From Deltaproteobacteria bacterium (lineage in GTDB: Bacteria; Myxococcota; Kuafuiibacteriia; Kuafuiibacteriales; Kuafuiibacteriaceae): DNA of 64,000 bases. The position numbers and the translations under genes were made by a program. Every line of letters begins with the position of its first letter. Within the stretch, counting starts at the first letter, position 1. The stretch covers positions 160,001-224,000 of the forward strand of contig JAVJQW010000041.1 of assembly GCA_040218735.1 (NCBI GenBank), given 5' to 3'. Positions 37,838 to 48,032 of the stretch are shown here, one piece after another. A model generated the notes under the pieces. It saw nothing but the letters and a program-made list of their open reading frames with translations, was not told where the DNA came from and searched no databases.

Positions 37838-38170
37838 GTGCCCGACCTCCGCGTCGAGGGCCTCGCCCCGGGCGAGGTGCGGGTCGTGCCGTACCCCGCC
37901 GGGACCCCGCCGCGCCGGAGCATCATCGTGGTCGACACGCCCTTCGGCGTGCGGGCCTACTGGAACGTCTGCAAACACCTCCCCATCCCGCTCGACGCGG
38001 GCGCCGGCCAGATCCCGCGTGACGAGGCGGGCCGGCTGGTCTGCGCGACCCACGGTGCGGCGTTCGTCGAGGGCACCGGCGCGTGCACGGAGGGGCCCTG
38101 CGAAGGGGAGCACCTCGACGCGCTCGAGATCGAGCCCGACGGGGACGCCTGGACCGTCCGGATCCCCTGA
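37838..38170 (+). CDS. Rieske [2Fe-2S] ferredoxin
   Basis: NVCKH and VCATHGAAF motifs; G.C..GPC.G. Confidence 0.85.
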   Translation: MPDLRVEGLAPGEVRVVPYPAGTPPRRSIIVVDTPFGVRAYWNVCKHLPIPLDAGAGQIPRDEAGRLVCATHGAAFVEGTGACTEGPCEGEHLDALEIEPDGDAWTVRIP

Positions 38171-38198
38171 CCGGATCCCCTGACGGTTCCCCGGGGCG

Positions 38199-38726
38199 TT
38201 AGTTGGAGAAGTCCGGCTCGTCCTCGCCGCCGCCGTCTTCGTCGTCGTCGCCTTCCTCCGAGAAGTTCGAGCTCTGGTGGAGGATCATCCGCCACTGGCC
38301 GTCGAAGTGCTCGAAGATGTTGGTGGTGACGACCGAGGCGGCGAAGGCGTCGCCTTCCTCGGTGACGATGCGGACGTGGGCGACGAGGTTCACCCAGGCT
38401 GAGCGGCCCGCGACCTCCACGTGCACGTCCTCGAGCTCGAACTCGATGGCGTCGATCGTGCGGAAGATCTCCGACCAGCTCTGGCGGATCTCCTGCCAGC
38501 CCACCACGAGCTCCCAGCCCGGGTGGACGCACCGCGCGTGGGGGGAGGGCGACCACACCCCGGCCATGCGATCCACGTCGAGGTGGGTGAACGCCTCGTA
38601 GAAGGCGAGGTTCGCCTCTTCGACTCGGGCCAGCTCGCGCGTCAGCGACGTGAGCCCGCCCGTGTCGGTCGGATCCTCGGACACCCCCGAGACGAAGGCC
38701 ACCGCGGAGTCGTGTTGCTTGCTCAT
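38199..38726 (-). CDS. NTF2/SnoaL-like protein
   Basis: ANLAFYEAF, CVHPGW, GW.EIRQSW, TNIFE, W..ILHQSS. Confidence 0.85.
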   Translation of the reverse strand: MSKQHDSAVAFVSGVSEDPTDTGGLTSLTRELARVEEANLAFYEAFTHLDVDRMAGVWSPSPHARCVHPGWELVVGWQEIRQSWSEIFRTIDAIEFELEDVHVEVAGRSAWVNLVAHVRIVTEEGDAFAASVVTTNIFEHFDGQWRMILHQSSNFSEEGDDDEDGGGEDEPDFSN

Positions 38727-38756
38727 GGCTGCTTCTGAAGTTACCACGGAACCCGC

Positions 38757-39260
38757 TTGGAACATTCCAGCTCGCGTCGAATCCGCCCGGAGGCGATCCG
38801 CTTCTGGGTAGCCCCGCTGGCCCTCGTGTTCTGCGCCACAGGGTGCAAGGACGCCAACGATCCCGACACCGTAGCCAGCGGCTTCGTCGACGCCTACTAC
38901 ATCGAGTTCGACCACGCCCGGGCCAAGACCTTCACCTACGGAGGCGCACTGCGTCGCATCGAGGAGGAGGCCAAGCTCGTCGACTTCGCGCGGAAGAAGA
39001 CCGCCATCCAGGAGGCCAAGGCCCGGGTCTACTACGGCGACCCGGAGCGTCGCGCGATCGGCGACGACAAGGTGCACTACCGCTACGTGCTCGACGTCCG
39101 CCGGGGCCCCGAGCGCTTCGAGACCCCGACCGTGATCCTCGTCGCCAAACGCGACGGTGAATGGCGCGTCATTCAGTTCCACGAGGGGGGCGCCCCGCGT
39201 CCAGGAGTTGGCGACCGGCGCGGCGATGTAGCAACATCGACGCGTACGGGCGCGCCATGA
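38757..39260 (+). CDS. Hypothetical lipoprotein (NTF2-like fold possible)
   Basis: Lipobox CATGC; PDTVA..FVDAYY...; KRDGEWRV; stop overlaps the next ATG. Confidence 0.55.
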   Translation: MEHSSSRRIRPEAIRFWVAPLALVFCATGCKDANDPDTVASGFVDAYYIEFDHARAKTFTYGGALRRIEEEAKLVDFARKKTAIQEAKARVYYGDPERRAIGDDKVHYRYVLDVRRGPERFETPTVILVAKRDGEWRVIQFHEGGAPRPGVGDRRGDVATSTRTGAP

Positions 39261-39700
39261 AGGTCATCCTCGAGCTCGAGAAGGGACCCCACGCCGGACA
39301 GCGCTACGAGCTGTCGACCAAGGCGTATCGTGCGATCGGGCGCAGCGGCGACGGCTCCGCGACCGTCCAGTTCACCAAGGGCGGCGACCAAGTCCTCGAC
39401 GCCGAAGACCTCGCCCTCATCGAAGAACACCTCGCGCGCCGCCCGTCGGCCGCGCGCGAAGGCGCCGCGGATCTGAGGTCCGACAACTTCACGCGCGGCC
39501 GGGACATCCTGCTGCCCGACGCGAAGATATCGAGGACCCACGCGATGTGTTTCCTCGACGAACACGGCCCCTCGATCGTCGATCTCTGCTCCACCAACGG
39601 CACGATGGTGAACGGCGAGCAGGTGGACGACGCGGACCTCGTCGACGGCGACATCGTCAACGTCGGCAAGACGCGTTTCGTCGTACGCGTCCTCCCTTGA
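39257..39700 (+). CDS. FHA domain protein with internal insertion
   Basis: IGR, ISRTHA, DLCSTNGT.VNG, L.DGD.V.VG FHA motifs. Confidence 0.82.
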   Translation: MKVILELEKGPHAGQRYELSTKAYRAIGRSGDGSATVQFTKGGDQVLDAEDLALIEEHLARRPSAAREGAADLRSDNFTRGRDILLPDAKISRTHAMCFLDEHGPSIVDLCSTNGTMVNGEQVDDADLVDGDIVNVGKTRFVVRVLP

Positions 39701-39735
39701 CCGGCGCTGGACCTCGCACCGAAAACGTCAGCACC

Positions 39736-40485
39736 GTGTCGGACGCCAAGCCGCGCCTCGCCATCCTGCGCACCGGGAGCGCCCCCGACACCGTGCAGGC
39801 CGCGCACGGTGACTACGTCGACATGTTTCGGGAGCGCTGCGCGAACGACCAGATCGAGATCGAGATCTACGACGCGGTCGCCGAGCAGCTCCCCGATCGC
39901 TGCGACCTCGCGCTGATCACCGGCTCGCCCGCGTCGGTCACCGAGGTCGAGCCGTGGGTCGACAGACTCGCCGCGTGGTCCAACGACGCGATGTCCAAGA
40001 ACGTCCCGCTGCTCGGCGTGTGTTACGGCCACCAGCTGATCGCCTACGCGCAGGGCGGCGCGGTCGAAGTGAACCCGCGCGGCTACGAGATCGGCAGCGT
40101 CCCCATCGCGCTCACCGACGCCGGTCGCGCCGACCCGCTCCTCGGCGGCCTCGGCGACGACCTGTGGTTTCAGGCGGTGCACGGCGACGCGGTGACCAAG
40201 ATGCCCGACGACGCCGTGCTCCTCGCTTCGAACGAGGTCGCGCCGGTGCAGGCGTTCTCGATGGGCGACCGCACGTGGTGCGTGCAGTTCCACCCGGAGT
40301 TCTCCGCGGGGTGCGTCGCGATGTACGTCGACGCACGCGAAGCGGTGATTCGTCGCCGCGCCGAAGCGCTGGGTAAGGACCCGGACGAGGCGGTGCGCGC
40401 CGCCGCCGCGAGTGTGCGCGACACACCCGCCGGTCCGGCGCTGCTGTCGCGCTGGGTCGACCTCGCGCTGGAGCGCATCGGATGA
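39736..40485 (+). CDS. Class I glutamine amidotransferase-like protein
   Basis: ITGSPASV, LGVCYGHQ (catalytic Cys), QFHPE (His/Glu). Confidence 0.88.
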   Translation: MSDAKPRLAILRTGSAPDTVQAAHGDYVDMFRERCANDQIEIEIYDAVAEQLPDRCDLALITGSPASVTEVEPWVDRLAAWSNDAMSKNVPLLGVCYGHQLIAYAQGGAVEVNPRGYEIGSVPIALTDAGRADPLLGGLGDDLWFQAVHGDAVTKMPDDAVLLASNEVAPVQAFSMGDRTWCVQFHPEFSAGCVAMYVDAREAVIRRRAEALGKDPDEAVRAAAASVRDTPAGPALLSRWVDLALERIG

Positions 40486-42404
40486 GGTACGCCGTCGTTT
40501 GTCTGTTGGCGACCGCAGCGTGCGGCTCGCCGTGCCTCGACGCCGCCTCGTCGGCCGGCTCCGCGCTGCGCGTGGAGGATCCGCGCGACGCGGAGACGTT
40601 CGTCGCGCACCCGTGGCCGTCCGACGCGCTGAAGTTCTCGCGCGGGCTGCGGCTGACACACTTCGAGAACCCGACGGACTCGTCGACGCTCGACGACTAC
40701 CTGAAGGTCATCTCCGCGGAGACCGACGCGTTTGCGACGTCCGGCGCCCTGTACCTCGGCTTTACCGGCCCGATCGATCCCGCCTCGCTCCCTGCCGACC
40801 CGCTCGCCGCGATGTCGAAGGATGCTTCGGTGTTCCTCGTCGACATCGACCCCGACTCGCCGGAGCGCGGGCGTCGCTTTCCGCTGCGGATGGAGTACCA
40901 GGAGACGGCGTCGACGTACCGCGCGCCGTTCAGCCTCGCGATGTTGCCGCCGTACGGCGTGCAGCTCCTCGGCGACACCACGTACGCCATCGTCGTCACG
41001 AACCGCGTGACGGATCCGGCGGGTGTCGCGATCGAGCCGGCACCCAACGCACACAACGCGATGTACGGCGGCTGCGAGGACGACACCCCCGACACGATCT
41101 TCACCGCCTTCGCTCCGCTGCGTGCGTACCTCGACGAGGTCGAGGACTTCGTCCGCGATGACGTGGTCGGCGCGTCCGTCTTCACGACGCAGGCCGCGGT
41201 CCGGGAGCTCCGCGAGCTCGCCGCCGTCGCGCGCACGCTGCCGGCGCCGGTGCCCGCGGAGTGGGAGGCGAAGGGCTGGAACGGCAGCCGCTTCCGCTAC
41301 GACGCGGTGATCGAGCTCCCCGGGTTCCAGGAGGGCGAGGTCCCGTACGTGTCACTCGGCGACGGCGGCAACCTCGCGCGCGACGCCGACGGCAACTACA
41401 CCGTGACGCACACCGAGCGCACGCGCGTCGGCTTCGCGATCCCGCGCGGCCCGATGCCCGCGAGCGGGTGGCCGGTGGTGCTGTACTCCCACGGCACGGG
41501 CGGCAGCTACGAGAGCGCCTTCTCGGGCGTGGTCGCGGACCTGCTCGCGCGGCGCGGGATCGCGACGGTCGGCTACGACCAGACGCTGCACGGCCCGCGC
41601 GCACCGCCGCGCACGAGCCCGGAGATCACGTTCTTCAACCTCTTCAACCCGATCGCGGCGCGCGACAACATTCGCCAAGGGTCGGCGGACTGCGTGGTGC
41701 TCACCACGATGCTGGAGTCGATGAACATCCCGGCGGGGGTGTTGGAGGAGGGCTCGGAGGCGCGGTTCGACACGTCGAAGATCGCATTCCTCGGTCACTC
41801 GCAGGGCGGGTTGGTCGGCGCCGGCTTCGCCGCGATCGACGAGCGCCCGCGCGCGTTCGTCTACTCGGGGCTCGGTGCGATCCTGTCGATCACGCTCCAG
41901 GAGCGGAAGGACATCGTCGACTTCGAGGCGCTGCTGGTGACGCTGCTCCGGCTCCCGGAGGGCGCGGAGCTGGGGGACACGCACCCCGTGCTGAACCTGA
42001 TCCAGACGTTCATCGACCGCTCCGATCCCATCGCCTACGCCGACAGCTTCCTGCGCGACCCGCCCGCCGGGGCGAACCGCGACTTCCTCCAGGTGGAGGG
42101 TTTCTTGGACTTCGCGTCGCCCGCCCGCGGGCAGGAGGCGTTCGCCGCGGCGGCGCGTTTCCCGGTCGTCGCCCCGGTGCACCGGGTGCCGGCGGCGTCC
42201 GAGCTGCTGGGGCTCGAACCGATGGATGCGCCGGCGAGCAGCAATGTCGAGACGACGGCGGGCCGGATCACCGCAGGATTGATCCAATACCCCGAGGAGA
42301 CGCACTTCCCGATCTTCGACAACCCGGATGCGCGCCGTCGGTACCTCGAGTTCGTACGCACCGCGATGGAGCAAGGGCGCGCGGAGATCGTCGCCCCGCA
42401 GTAG
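40482..42404 (+). CDS. Lipoprotein alpha/beta hydrolase (lipase-like)
   Basis: Lipobox TAAC; PWPSD, VLYSHGTGG, GHSQGG nucleophile elbow. Confidence 0.8.
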   Translation: MRYAVVCLLATAACGSPCLDAASSAGSALRVEDPRDAETFVAHPWPSDALKFSRGLRLTHFENPTDSSTLDDYLKVISAETDAFATSGALYLGFTGPIDPASLPADPLAAMSKDASVFLVDIDPDSPERGRRFPLRMEYQETASTYRAPFSLAMLPPYGVQLLGDTTYAIVVTNRVTDPAGVAIEPAPNAHNAMYGGCEDDTPDTIFTAFAPLRAYLDEVEDFVRDDVVGASVFTTQAAVRELRELAAVARTLPAPVPAEWEAKGWNGSRFRYDAVIELPGFQEGEVPYVSLGDGGNLARDADGNYTVTHTERTRVGFAIPRGPMPASGWPVVLYSHGTGGSYESAFSGVVADLLARRGIATVGYDQTLHGPRAPPRTSPEITFFNLFNPIAARDNIRQGSADCVVLTTMLESMNIPAGVLEEGSEARFDTSKIAFLGHSQGGLVGAGFAAIDERPRAFVYSGLGAILSITLQERKDIVDFEALLVTLLRLPEGAELGDTHPVLNLIQTFIDRSDPIAYADSFLRDPPAGANRDFLQVEGFLDFASPARGQEAFAAAARFPVVAPVHRVPAASELLGLEPMDAPASSNVETTAGRITAGLIQYPEETHFPIFDNPDARRRYLEFVRTAMEQGRAEIVAPQ

Positions 42405-42462
42405 ACGGTCGGTGGGATCGAGGGTTGCCGACGCGCCGAGGTTTTGGTGACCTCGTGTCCGC

Positions 42463-42969
42463 GTGGGTCCGATCGCCTCCAGCGCCCGAATCGTGCACGT
42501 GCTCGTGACGAGCCTGTGGTTGGGCGCGAGTGTCTTCTTCATGATCCTCGCGCCGACGCTGTTCGACATCGTCAGCTCGCGCCACGAGGCGACCGAGGTC
42601 ATCACCGCCGCGCTCGCCAAGATCGACCTGTTCGGCATCTTCGCCGGACCGCTGTTGCTCGTGACACTCGTCGCGGGTTGGCTCCCGCTCCAGACGCCCC
42701 TGCGTCTCCGCGCGCTCATCACGCTGGGGATGACGGTCGCCGTCGGCGTCAGCGGTCAGTGGATCACGCCGCGCCTCGTGCAGATCCAGGCCGCGATGGG
42801 CCGCCCGCTGCAGGACATGGATCCGACCAGCGTCGCGATGATCGAGTACGACCAGCTCCACACGGTGTCGAGCGGCCTCATGGTCTTCCACGTCGCCGCG
42901 GCGCTGCTGTTGTTGGTGCTGTCGGTGCGGGCGTCGCGCCCGAAGCGGAGCTTCGGCATCGAGCTCTGA
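42463..42969 (+). CDS. DUF4149/TMEM205-like membrane protein
   Basis: LWLGA..F..ILAPTLF, 4 TMs, YDQLH.VS. Confidence 0.7.
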   Translation: MGPIASSARIVHVLVTSLWLGASVFFMILAPTLFDIVSSRHEATEVITAALAKIDLFGIFAGPLLLVTLVAGWLPLQTPLRLRALITLGMTVAVGVSGQWITPRLVQIQAAMGRPLQDMDPTSVAMIEYDQLHTVSSGLMVFHVAAALLLLVLSVRASRPKRSFGIEL

Positions 42970-42972
42970 ACG

Positions 42973-44112
42973 CTAGTTCGTGTTCCACACGCGCTGCACA
43001 CGCTCGTAGACCGCGCGCCACGTGAACGCCGAAAGGTCGCAGTCGGGACGCGGTCGCTCGAGCGCGCGTTCGATGGCCAGCTCGAGTCGAGCGGTGAACG
43101 CCGGGAGGTCTTCGGCGTGGGGACGATCGACCTCGAGGCGCGGGAGCGGGACGGCTTCGATCGCCTTCGGGAGCTGCGCCGCGATCGCTTCGACGCCGGG
43201 GAGCTGCGACGCGACCACGGCACATCCGCACGCGAGCGCTTCGACGATCACCAGCGGCAGACCTTCGTAGAACGAGGGGAGCACGAACACCGCGGACCGT
43301 CGCAGCAGCTCGACGAGCCGCTCGTTCGAGACGCGACCGTGCCAGCTCACGTTGTCGAGGGCCGCCATGCGTTCGGCGAGGGCGTCGGTCTCGTCGCCCG
43401 CACCGCCGCCCGCCACTTCGAGCGACCAGTCCCTCCGGCGCGCGAGGACGTCGATCAGCGCGCCGAGGCCCTTCGCTTCGGAGATCTTGCCGACGAACAT
43501 CAGGCCGCTTCGTTCGGTGCTCGAGCCCGGCGTGAACGTCGCCTCGTCGTAACCCGCGCCGACCACGTGGACGCGCTCCGGTTCCACGCCGAGCCGGTCG
43601 ATCATCTGTACGCGATGCTGGTCGGACAGCACCACGAACGCGGCGGCCTTCTGCAGCGAGGCGCGCACGCGTTCGCCGATCTCCGCGCGGCACAGGTCCA
43701 TCTGGCGCAGCCCGGTCGCGTGTCCGTGGACCACGACCGGGACGTCGGCGAGCTCACACAACAGCGCGCTCACGATCCACGCGTGATGGGTGTGCACGAC
43801 GTCCGGGCGCGTTTCGTCGAGGACCCGCTTCAGGTGCGAACGCCAGCGCGCTTCGTAGGCGTCGATCGCGGCGGCGTCCATCGCGGAGAATCGAGCGCTC
43901 GGGTACGGCATGACGTCGCTCATGCCGACGACGGTCTCGAAGACGAGCGGGTGCAGCGTCGCGCCCACGTCCGGTGAAGGATCGTCGGCGGGCACGCCCA
44001 CGACGACGTGCTGCCGGTGATCCGCCGCTCCGTGTTTCACGAGCGCGGCGAGCGTGACCCCGGAGCCGGTGAGGTGCGGGCGCTGCGCGAGGACGTGGAG
44101 GATCGTCGCCAA
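42973..44112 (-). CDS. Glycosyltransferase family 4 (GT-B)
   Basis: PDVVHTHH, FVGKISEAKG, FVLPSFYEGLPLVIVEALACG. Confidence 0.9.
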   Translation of the reverse strand: MATILHVLAQRPHLTGSGVTLAALVKHGAADHRQHVVVGVPADDPSPDVGATLHPLVFETVVGMSDVMPYPSARFSAMDAAAIDAYEARWRSHLKRVLDETRPDVVHTHHAWIVSALLCELADVPVVVHGHATGLRQMDLCRAEIGERVRASLQKAAAFVVLSDQHRVQMIDRLGVEPERVHVVGAGYDEATFTPGSSTERSGLMFVGKISEAKGLGALIDVLARRRDWSLEVAGGGAGDETDALAERMAALDNVSWHGRVSNERLVELLRRSAVFVLPSFYEGLPLVIVEALACGCAVVASQLPGVEAIAAQLPKAIEAVPLPRLEVDRPHAEDLPAFTARLELAIERALERPRPDCDLSAFTWRAVYERVQRVWNTN

Positions 44113-44121
44113 CCCCGGCGC

Positions 44122-44892
44122 CTACTTCTTCTTCTTCTTCTTGGGCGGCGGCGGCGCTTCGTCCTCGTCGCAGCGCTTCTCTTGTCTGAAGCCCTTGAGG
44201 CTCCACTTCGTCCCGCGTTTGAAACACGCCCGCAGGTCCCACTTGTCGTCGTTGCTGGTGTGGAAGACGACGTCGTCGATCTGCGCGAAGTCACCGTCCT
44301 GCTCCACGCGACCCGTGCACGCGAAGTCATCGATGCTCGTGCCGCGTTTGCCGGTCCAGCCGTCGGTCAGCAGGTGGTACTCGGCGAGCGCGCACGCCGT
44401 CTCGGCGTCGAGCTGCTCCTTCGCATCCCCCGCGTCGATGACGACCTGCAGGGCGTCCTTGCGTTGGCTGACCTCGTGGATGCCCACGCCGCCGATGATC
44501 CAGAAGAACACACCGAACGCGATGCCGACGCCGCCGACCACCGAGCCCGCGGTGACGGAGGTCGGGACCACGACGTCGAACTCGCGCGCGAGCCGGCGAG
44601 CCTTGAGCCCCATCAAGATCGCGACGATCGAGAACACCGGGAAGATGCAGGTGAACAGCCCGAGCACACCCCAGATCACCGCCCACAGGCCGGACGATCG
44701 GACCGACTTGCGCGCGTTGTCGAGGCGCTTCGCGTCCTGCGCACGGTCGAATGCGTCCTCCTCGGCCTCCCGTTGACGCTCCGCCTCCGCGTCCGCGCGG
44801 CGCTGCTCGTGCGCGGCGGGCGTCGGCTGGTTGCAGTAGGCGCAGACCAGCGCGTCGTCGACGATGCTCGCTCCGCAGGAAGGACACTTCAC
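44122..44892 (-). CDS. Zinc-ribbon + DUF4190-like membrane protein
   Basis: KCPSCG...CAYC; two TMs; basic tail PPPPKKKKKK. Confidence 0.65.
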   Translation of the reverse strand: MKCPSCGASIVDDALVCAYCNQPTPAAHEQRRADAEAERQREAEEDAFDRAQDAKRLDNARKSVRSSGLWAVIWGVLGLFTCIFPVFSIVAILMGLKARRLAREFDVVVPTSVTAGSVVGGVGIAFGVFFWIIGGVGIHEVSQRKDALQVVIDAGDAKEQLDAETACALAEYHLLTDGWTGKRGTSIDDFACTGRVEQDGDFAQIDDVVFHTSNDDKWDLRACFKRGTKWSLKGFRQEKRCDEDEAPPPPKKKKKK

Positions 44893-44896
44893 GGCA

Positions 44897-45775
44897 TCAA
44901 CCTCGGTCGACCGGGACCGGCCCCTCGTCCGTCCAGCGGTAGAAACCTTCGCCGGTCTTCTTGCCGAGTTTGTTGGCACGCACGAGCTGCCGCAAGAGCG
45001 GCGGCGGCGTGAACTGCGGGCCGAGCTCCTTCGTGAGGTGCTCCGCGATCGCGAGGCGCACGTCGAGGCCGACGAGGTCCGTCAGCTTCAGCGGCCCCAT
45101 CGGGTGTTTGTAGCCGAGCTCCATCGCGCCATCGATGTCCGCCGCCGAACCCACGCCCATCTCCAACATCCGAATCGCTTCCATCCCCAGGATGATCCCG
45201 AGCCGCGACGTCGCGAAGCCGGCAACGTCGCGCACGACGATCTCCTGCTTCCCGATCCGCTTCGCCAGCGCGCGCGCACGCGCGACGACGTCCTTCGACG
45301 TCTGCTCCGCCCGAACGATCTCCAACAAAGGCATGATCGGCGGCGGGTTGAAGAAGTGCAGGCCGATGACCCGCGATGGATCGGCGACGGTCGCAGCGAT
45401 CTCCGTGAGCGAGAGCGACGAGGTGTTCGACCCGAGGATCGCGTCGTTCGCGATGCCGTCGACCGCCCCGAAGATCTGCTTCTTCAGCGCCATCGACTCC
45501 GGCGCCGCCTCGACCACGAGCCCGACCTCTTCGGCGCCCTCGTAACCCGTCACCGGCGTAATGCGTCCGAGCGCCGCCGCCTTGGCCTCCTCGGTGACCT
45601 TGCCCTTCGCGACGCCCTTGCCGAGTGACTTCTCGATGCGCGCGACGCCCGCCTTCACGGCGTCCTCGTTCACGTCGAACAGGCGCACCGCGATCTCCGC
45701 CTTGGCGAGGACCTCCGCGATCCCGGCTCCCATCGTTCCCGCGCCGATGACCAGCGCCGATCGAATCTCGCTCAC
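44897..45775 (-). CDS. 3-hydroxyacyl-CoA (3-hydroxybutyryl-CoA) dehydrogenase
   Basis: VIGAGTMG Rossmann motif, SNTSS, GLHFFNP, HPMGPL..DLVGLD, LGKKTGEGFY. Confidence 0.93.
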   Translation of the reverse strand: MSEIRSALVIGAGTMGAGIAEVLAKAEIAVRLFDVNEDAVKAGVARIEKSLGKGVAKGKVTEEAKAAALGRITPVTGYEGAEEVGLVVEAAPESMALKKQIFGAVDGIANDAILGSNTSSLSLTEIAATVADPSRVIGLHFFNPPPIMPLLEIVRAEQTSKDVVARARALAKRIGKQEIVVRDVAGFATSRLGIILGMEAIRMLEMGVGSAADIDGAMELGYKHPMGPLKLTDLVGLDVRLAIAEHLTKELGPQFTPPPLLRQLVRANKLGKKTGEGFYRWTDEGPVPVDRG

Positions 45776-46548
45776 TTCTTCTTCCCCTTCCGATCCAAGA
45801 ACGCCTGCATTCGGTCGTGTTTGTCGCTCGACTCGAAACACACCGCCTGCCCGAGGACGTCCACCGCCTCGAACGCCGGGTTCGAACGCCCCGCCGCGTT
45901 GAGCGCCATCTTGCTGATGCGCACCGCGAGCGTCCCTTGTTTGGCGATCGACAGCGCGAGCTCACGCGCCGCGCCGAGCACGTCGTCGTCCGGCACCACG
46001 CGGTTCACGAGGCCGATGCGCTCGGCTTCTTCCGCGCCGATGATGCGGCCCGTGAAGATCAGCTCCTTCGCGCGCCCGAGGCCCACCAGCTTCGGGAGCC
46101 GCTGCACGGCGCCGGCGCCGGGGAGGATGCCGAGGCCGACCTCGGGCTGACCGAGCTTCGCACCTTCGCCCGCGACGCGGAGGTCGCATGCCATCGCGAG
46201 CTCACACCCGCCGCCGAGCGCGTAGCCGCGGATGGCGGCGATGGTCGGGATGGGCTGGTCCTCCCAGCGGCGGAACAAGCCTGCGTTGATCTTGCGGAGC
46301 GCGTCGGAGCGGTCGCGCTCCTTGAGCTGCGCGATGTCGGCGCCAGCGGCGAAGGCCTTGCCGCCTTCACCCGCGAGGACGATGGCTTTGACGTCGTCGT
46401 CGAGCGCGAGCTCGTCGATGATCGCGCCCAGCTCGCGGATCATCGTCAGGTCGATCGCGTTGCGGACTTCCGGACGGTTCAGCGTGACGTGCGCGAGGAC
46501 CCCGTGCTCGGTCTCCTCCCGCTCGAAACGAACGGTCTCGTAGGACAT
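45772..46548 (-). CDS. Enoyl-CoA hydratase/isomerase (crotonase)
   Basis: LNRPEVRNA, AFAAGADI, GYALGGGCELAMACD, QPEVGLGILPG. Confidence 0.93.
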   Translation of the reverse strand: MSYETVRFEREETEHGVLAHVTLNRPEVRNAIDLTMIRELGAIIDELALDDDVKAIVLAGEGGKAFAAGADIAQLKERDRSDALRKINAGLFRRWEDQPIPTIAAIRGYALGGGCELAMACDLRVAGEGAKLGQPEVGLGILPGAGAVQRLPKLVGLGRAKELIFTGRIIGAEEAERIGLVNRVVPDDDVLGAARELALSIAKQGTLAVRISKMALNAAGRSNPAFEAVDVLGQAVCFESSDKHDRMQAFLDRKGKKK

Positions 46549-46586
46549 GCGGACCTCTCTAGGAGATCCGCGGCATCAGGTCCACG

Positions 46587-47981
46587 TCAGATCCCGCAGG
46601 CGCCGCGGGGGTTGTCAGAGGAGTCCTCGACGTCCGACACGTAGTACACCTCGACGTTCTCGCCGGGGCCGGGGACCTTGTCGCCGTTGAGCGTCACGAG
46701 GTCGGCGGAGGCGGTGAAGTCCGTGCCCGGGACGAGGTCCACGCCGTCGCCGAAGCGGCCGCCGGTGAGCCGCACGCGGATGCCCTCGGGGTACTCGGCG
46801 GGCGGGGAGATCGCGAAGTCCGTGTTGAAGACCAGGTCGCGCGCGATCCGCTGGAGCGTCTCGGCGAAGGAGTCCTGGCAGATCGAGTCGATCAGGCACG
46901 CGGCGCGCTCGTTCTCGGGCGCGCGGCAACCGTAGACCCCGAATGCGCTGTTGGCCTGGTTCAGCTCGGCCTCGAACATCGTAGCGAACCGGACGTAGCG
47001 GTTCGCGGAGAGCGCCGCGCAGCAGTCGCCGGCCCGGAAGAACGAACACGACAGGCACGCGATCGGGTTCGAGTTCCACTGGTCGAACGGCTCGCTCAGG
47101 CACTCGCCGCCTTCGCAGTGTTCCCATTGCTCGCAGACCGCCATCGCGTTGCCCGAGTTGCAGGACACCCGGCTGTGGTTCTGCGGGCCCATCTCGCGGC
47201 ACAGTGAGCCGCACTCGGCGCCGAACTCGATCGAGCAGTTCGAGGCCTGGCCGTCCGCCGCGCCCACGATGACCGCGACGCGCGTCTTCTCGACGCTCTT
47301 GTAGCGCTTCAGATCCTCGAGGTACTGCGCGACGTTGTCGTCGCTGCCGTCGTCCTCGTCGGAGACGAGCACGACGACGAGGTTGGCGTCGTCGCGGAGG
47401 AAGTTCTCGTTGCACTCGCCGTTGCCGGTCTTGTCGAGCGCGCGGATCATCGCTTCGAGGCCTTCTTCGTCGCCGGAGCCGCAGGACCCGACCTGGACGT
47501 TGTCCTGGAACGTGGAGATCTGCGTGGCGGCGTCCAACACCGTGGAGTCGATGATGCGGGTGTTGGCGTTCGGGCCGCGGAAGCAGCTCGTGGGGATGTC
47601 GGTCGCGACGCAGCCCTGAAGGTTGGGGGAGGTCAGCGCGGGCACGCCGGTGCCCGGCTCGGTCTCGAAGTTGTCTTCGCGTTTGCCGTCGGCTTCGTTG
47701 CCGGCGCTGGTGTCCGTGGTGACGACCGCGATCCGGTAGTTGTTCTGGGGCCCGGCGATCGTGTTGATGAACGCGCTGAAGTTTGCGGCGAGGTTCGCCT
47801 GCTCGTCGGCCATGGAGCCGGAGTTGTCGACGACGAACAGGATGTCCGCCGGCAGCGGCTCGGCCGCGGCGCGGACGATCTCCTGCTCCTTGATGGTCTC
47901 CGGGCACTTCTGCTCGAAGCGGTAGTCCTGACAGCCGCAGAGGACGACGAGCGTCGACGCGATCGAGATTCGGCGGGACAT
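46587..47981 (-). CDS. Cys-rich vWA lipoprotein (CglB-like)
   Basis: Lipobox VLCGC; [35 protein letters not shown]; many Cys residues. Confidence 0.75.
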   Translation of the reverse strand: MSRRISIASTLVVLCGCQDYRFEQKCPETIKEQEIVRAAAEPLPADILFVVDNSGSMADEQANLAANFSAFINTIAGPQNNYRIAVVTTDTSAGNEADGKREDNFETEPGTGVPALTSPNLQGCVATDIPTSCFRGPNANTRIIDSTVLDAATQISTFQDNVQVGSCGSGDEEGLEAMIRALDKTGNGECNENFLRDDANLVVVLVSDEDDGSDDNVAQYLEDLKRYKSVEKTRVAVIVGAADGQASNCSIEFGAECGSLCREMGPQNHSRVSCNSGNAMAVCEQWEHCEGGECLSEPFDQWNSNPIACLSCSFFRAGDCCAALSANRYVRFATMFEAELNQANSAFGVYGCRAPENERAACLIDSICQDSFAETLQRIARDLVFNTDFAISPPAEYPEGIRVRLTGGRFGDGVDLVPGTDFTASADLVTLNGDKVPGPGENVEVYYVSDVEDSSDNPRGACGI

Positions 47982-48032
47982 CGCGCGATTCTTGCTTGCC
48001 GCGGGTGGCGAGATCAATTCTCTATCGGGCCC

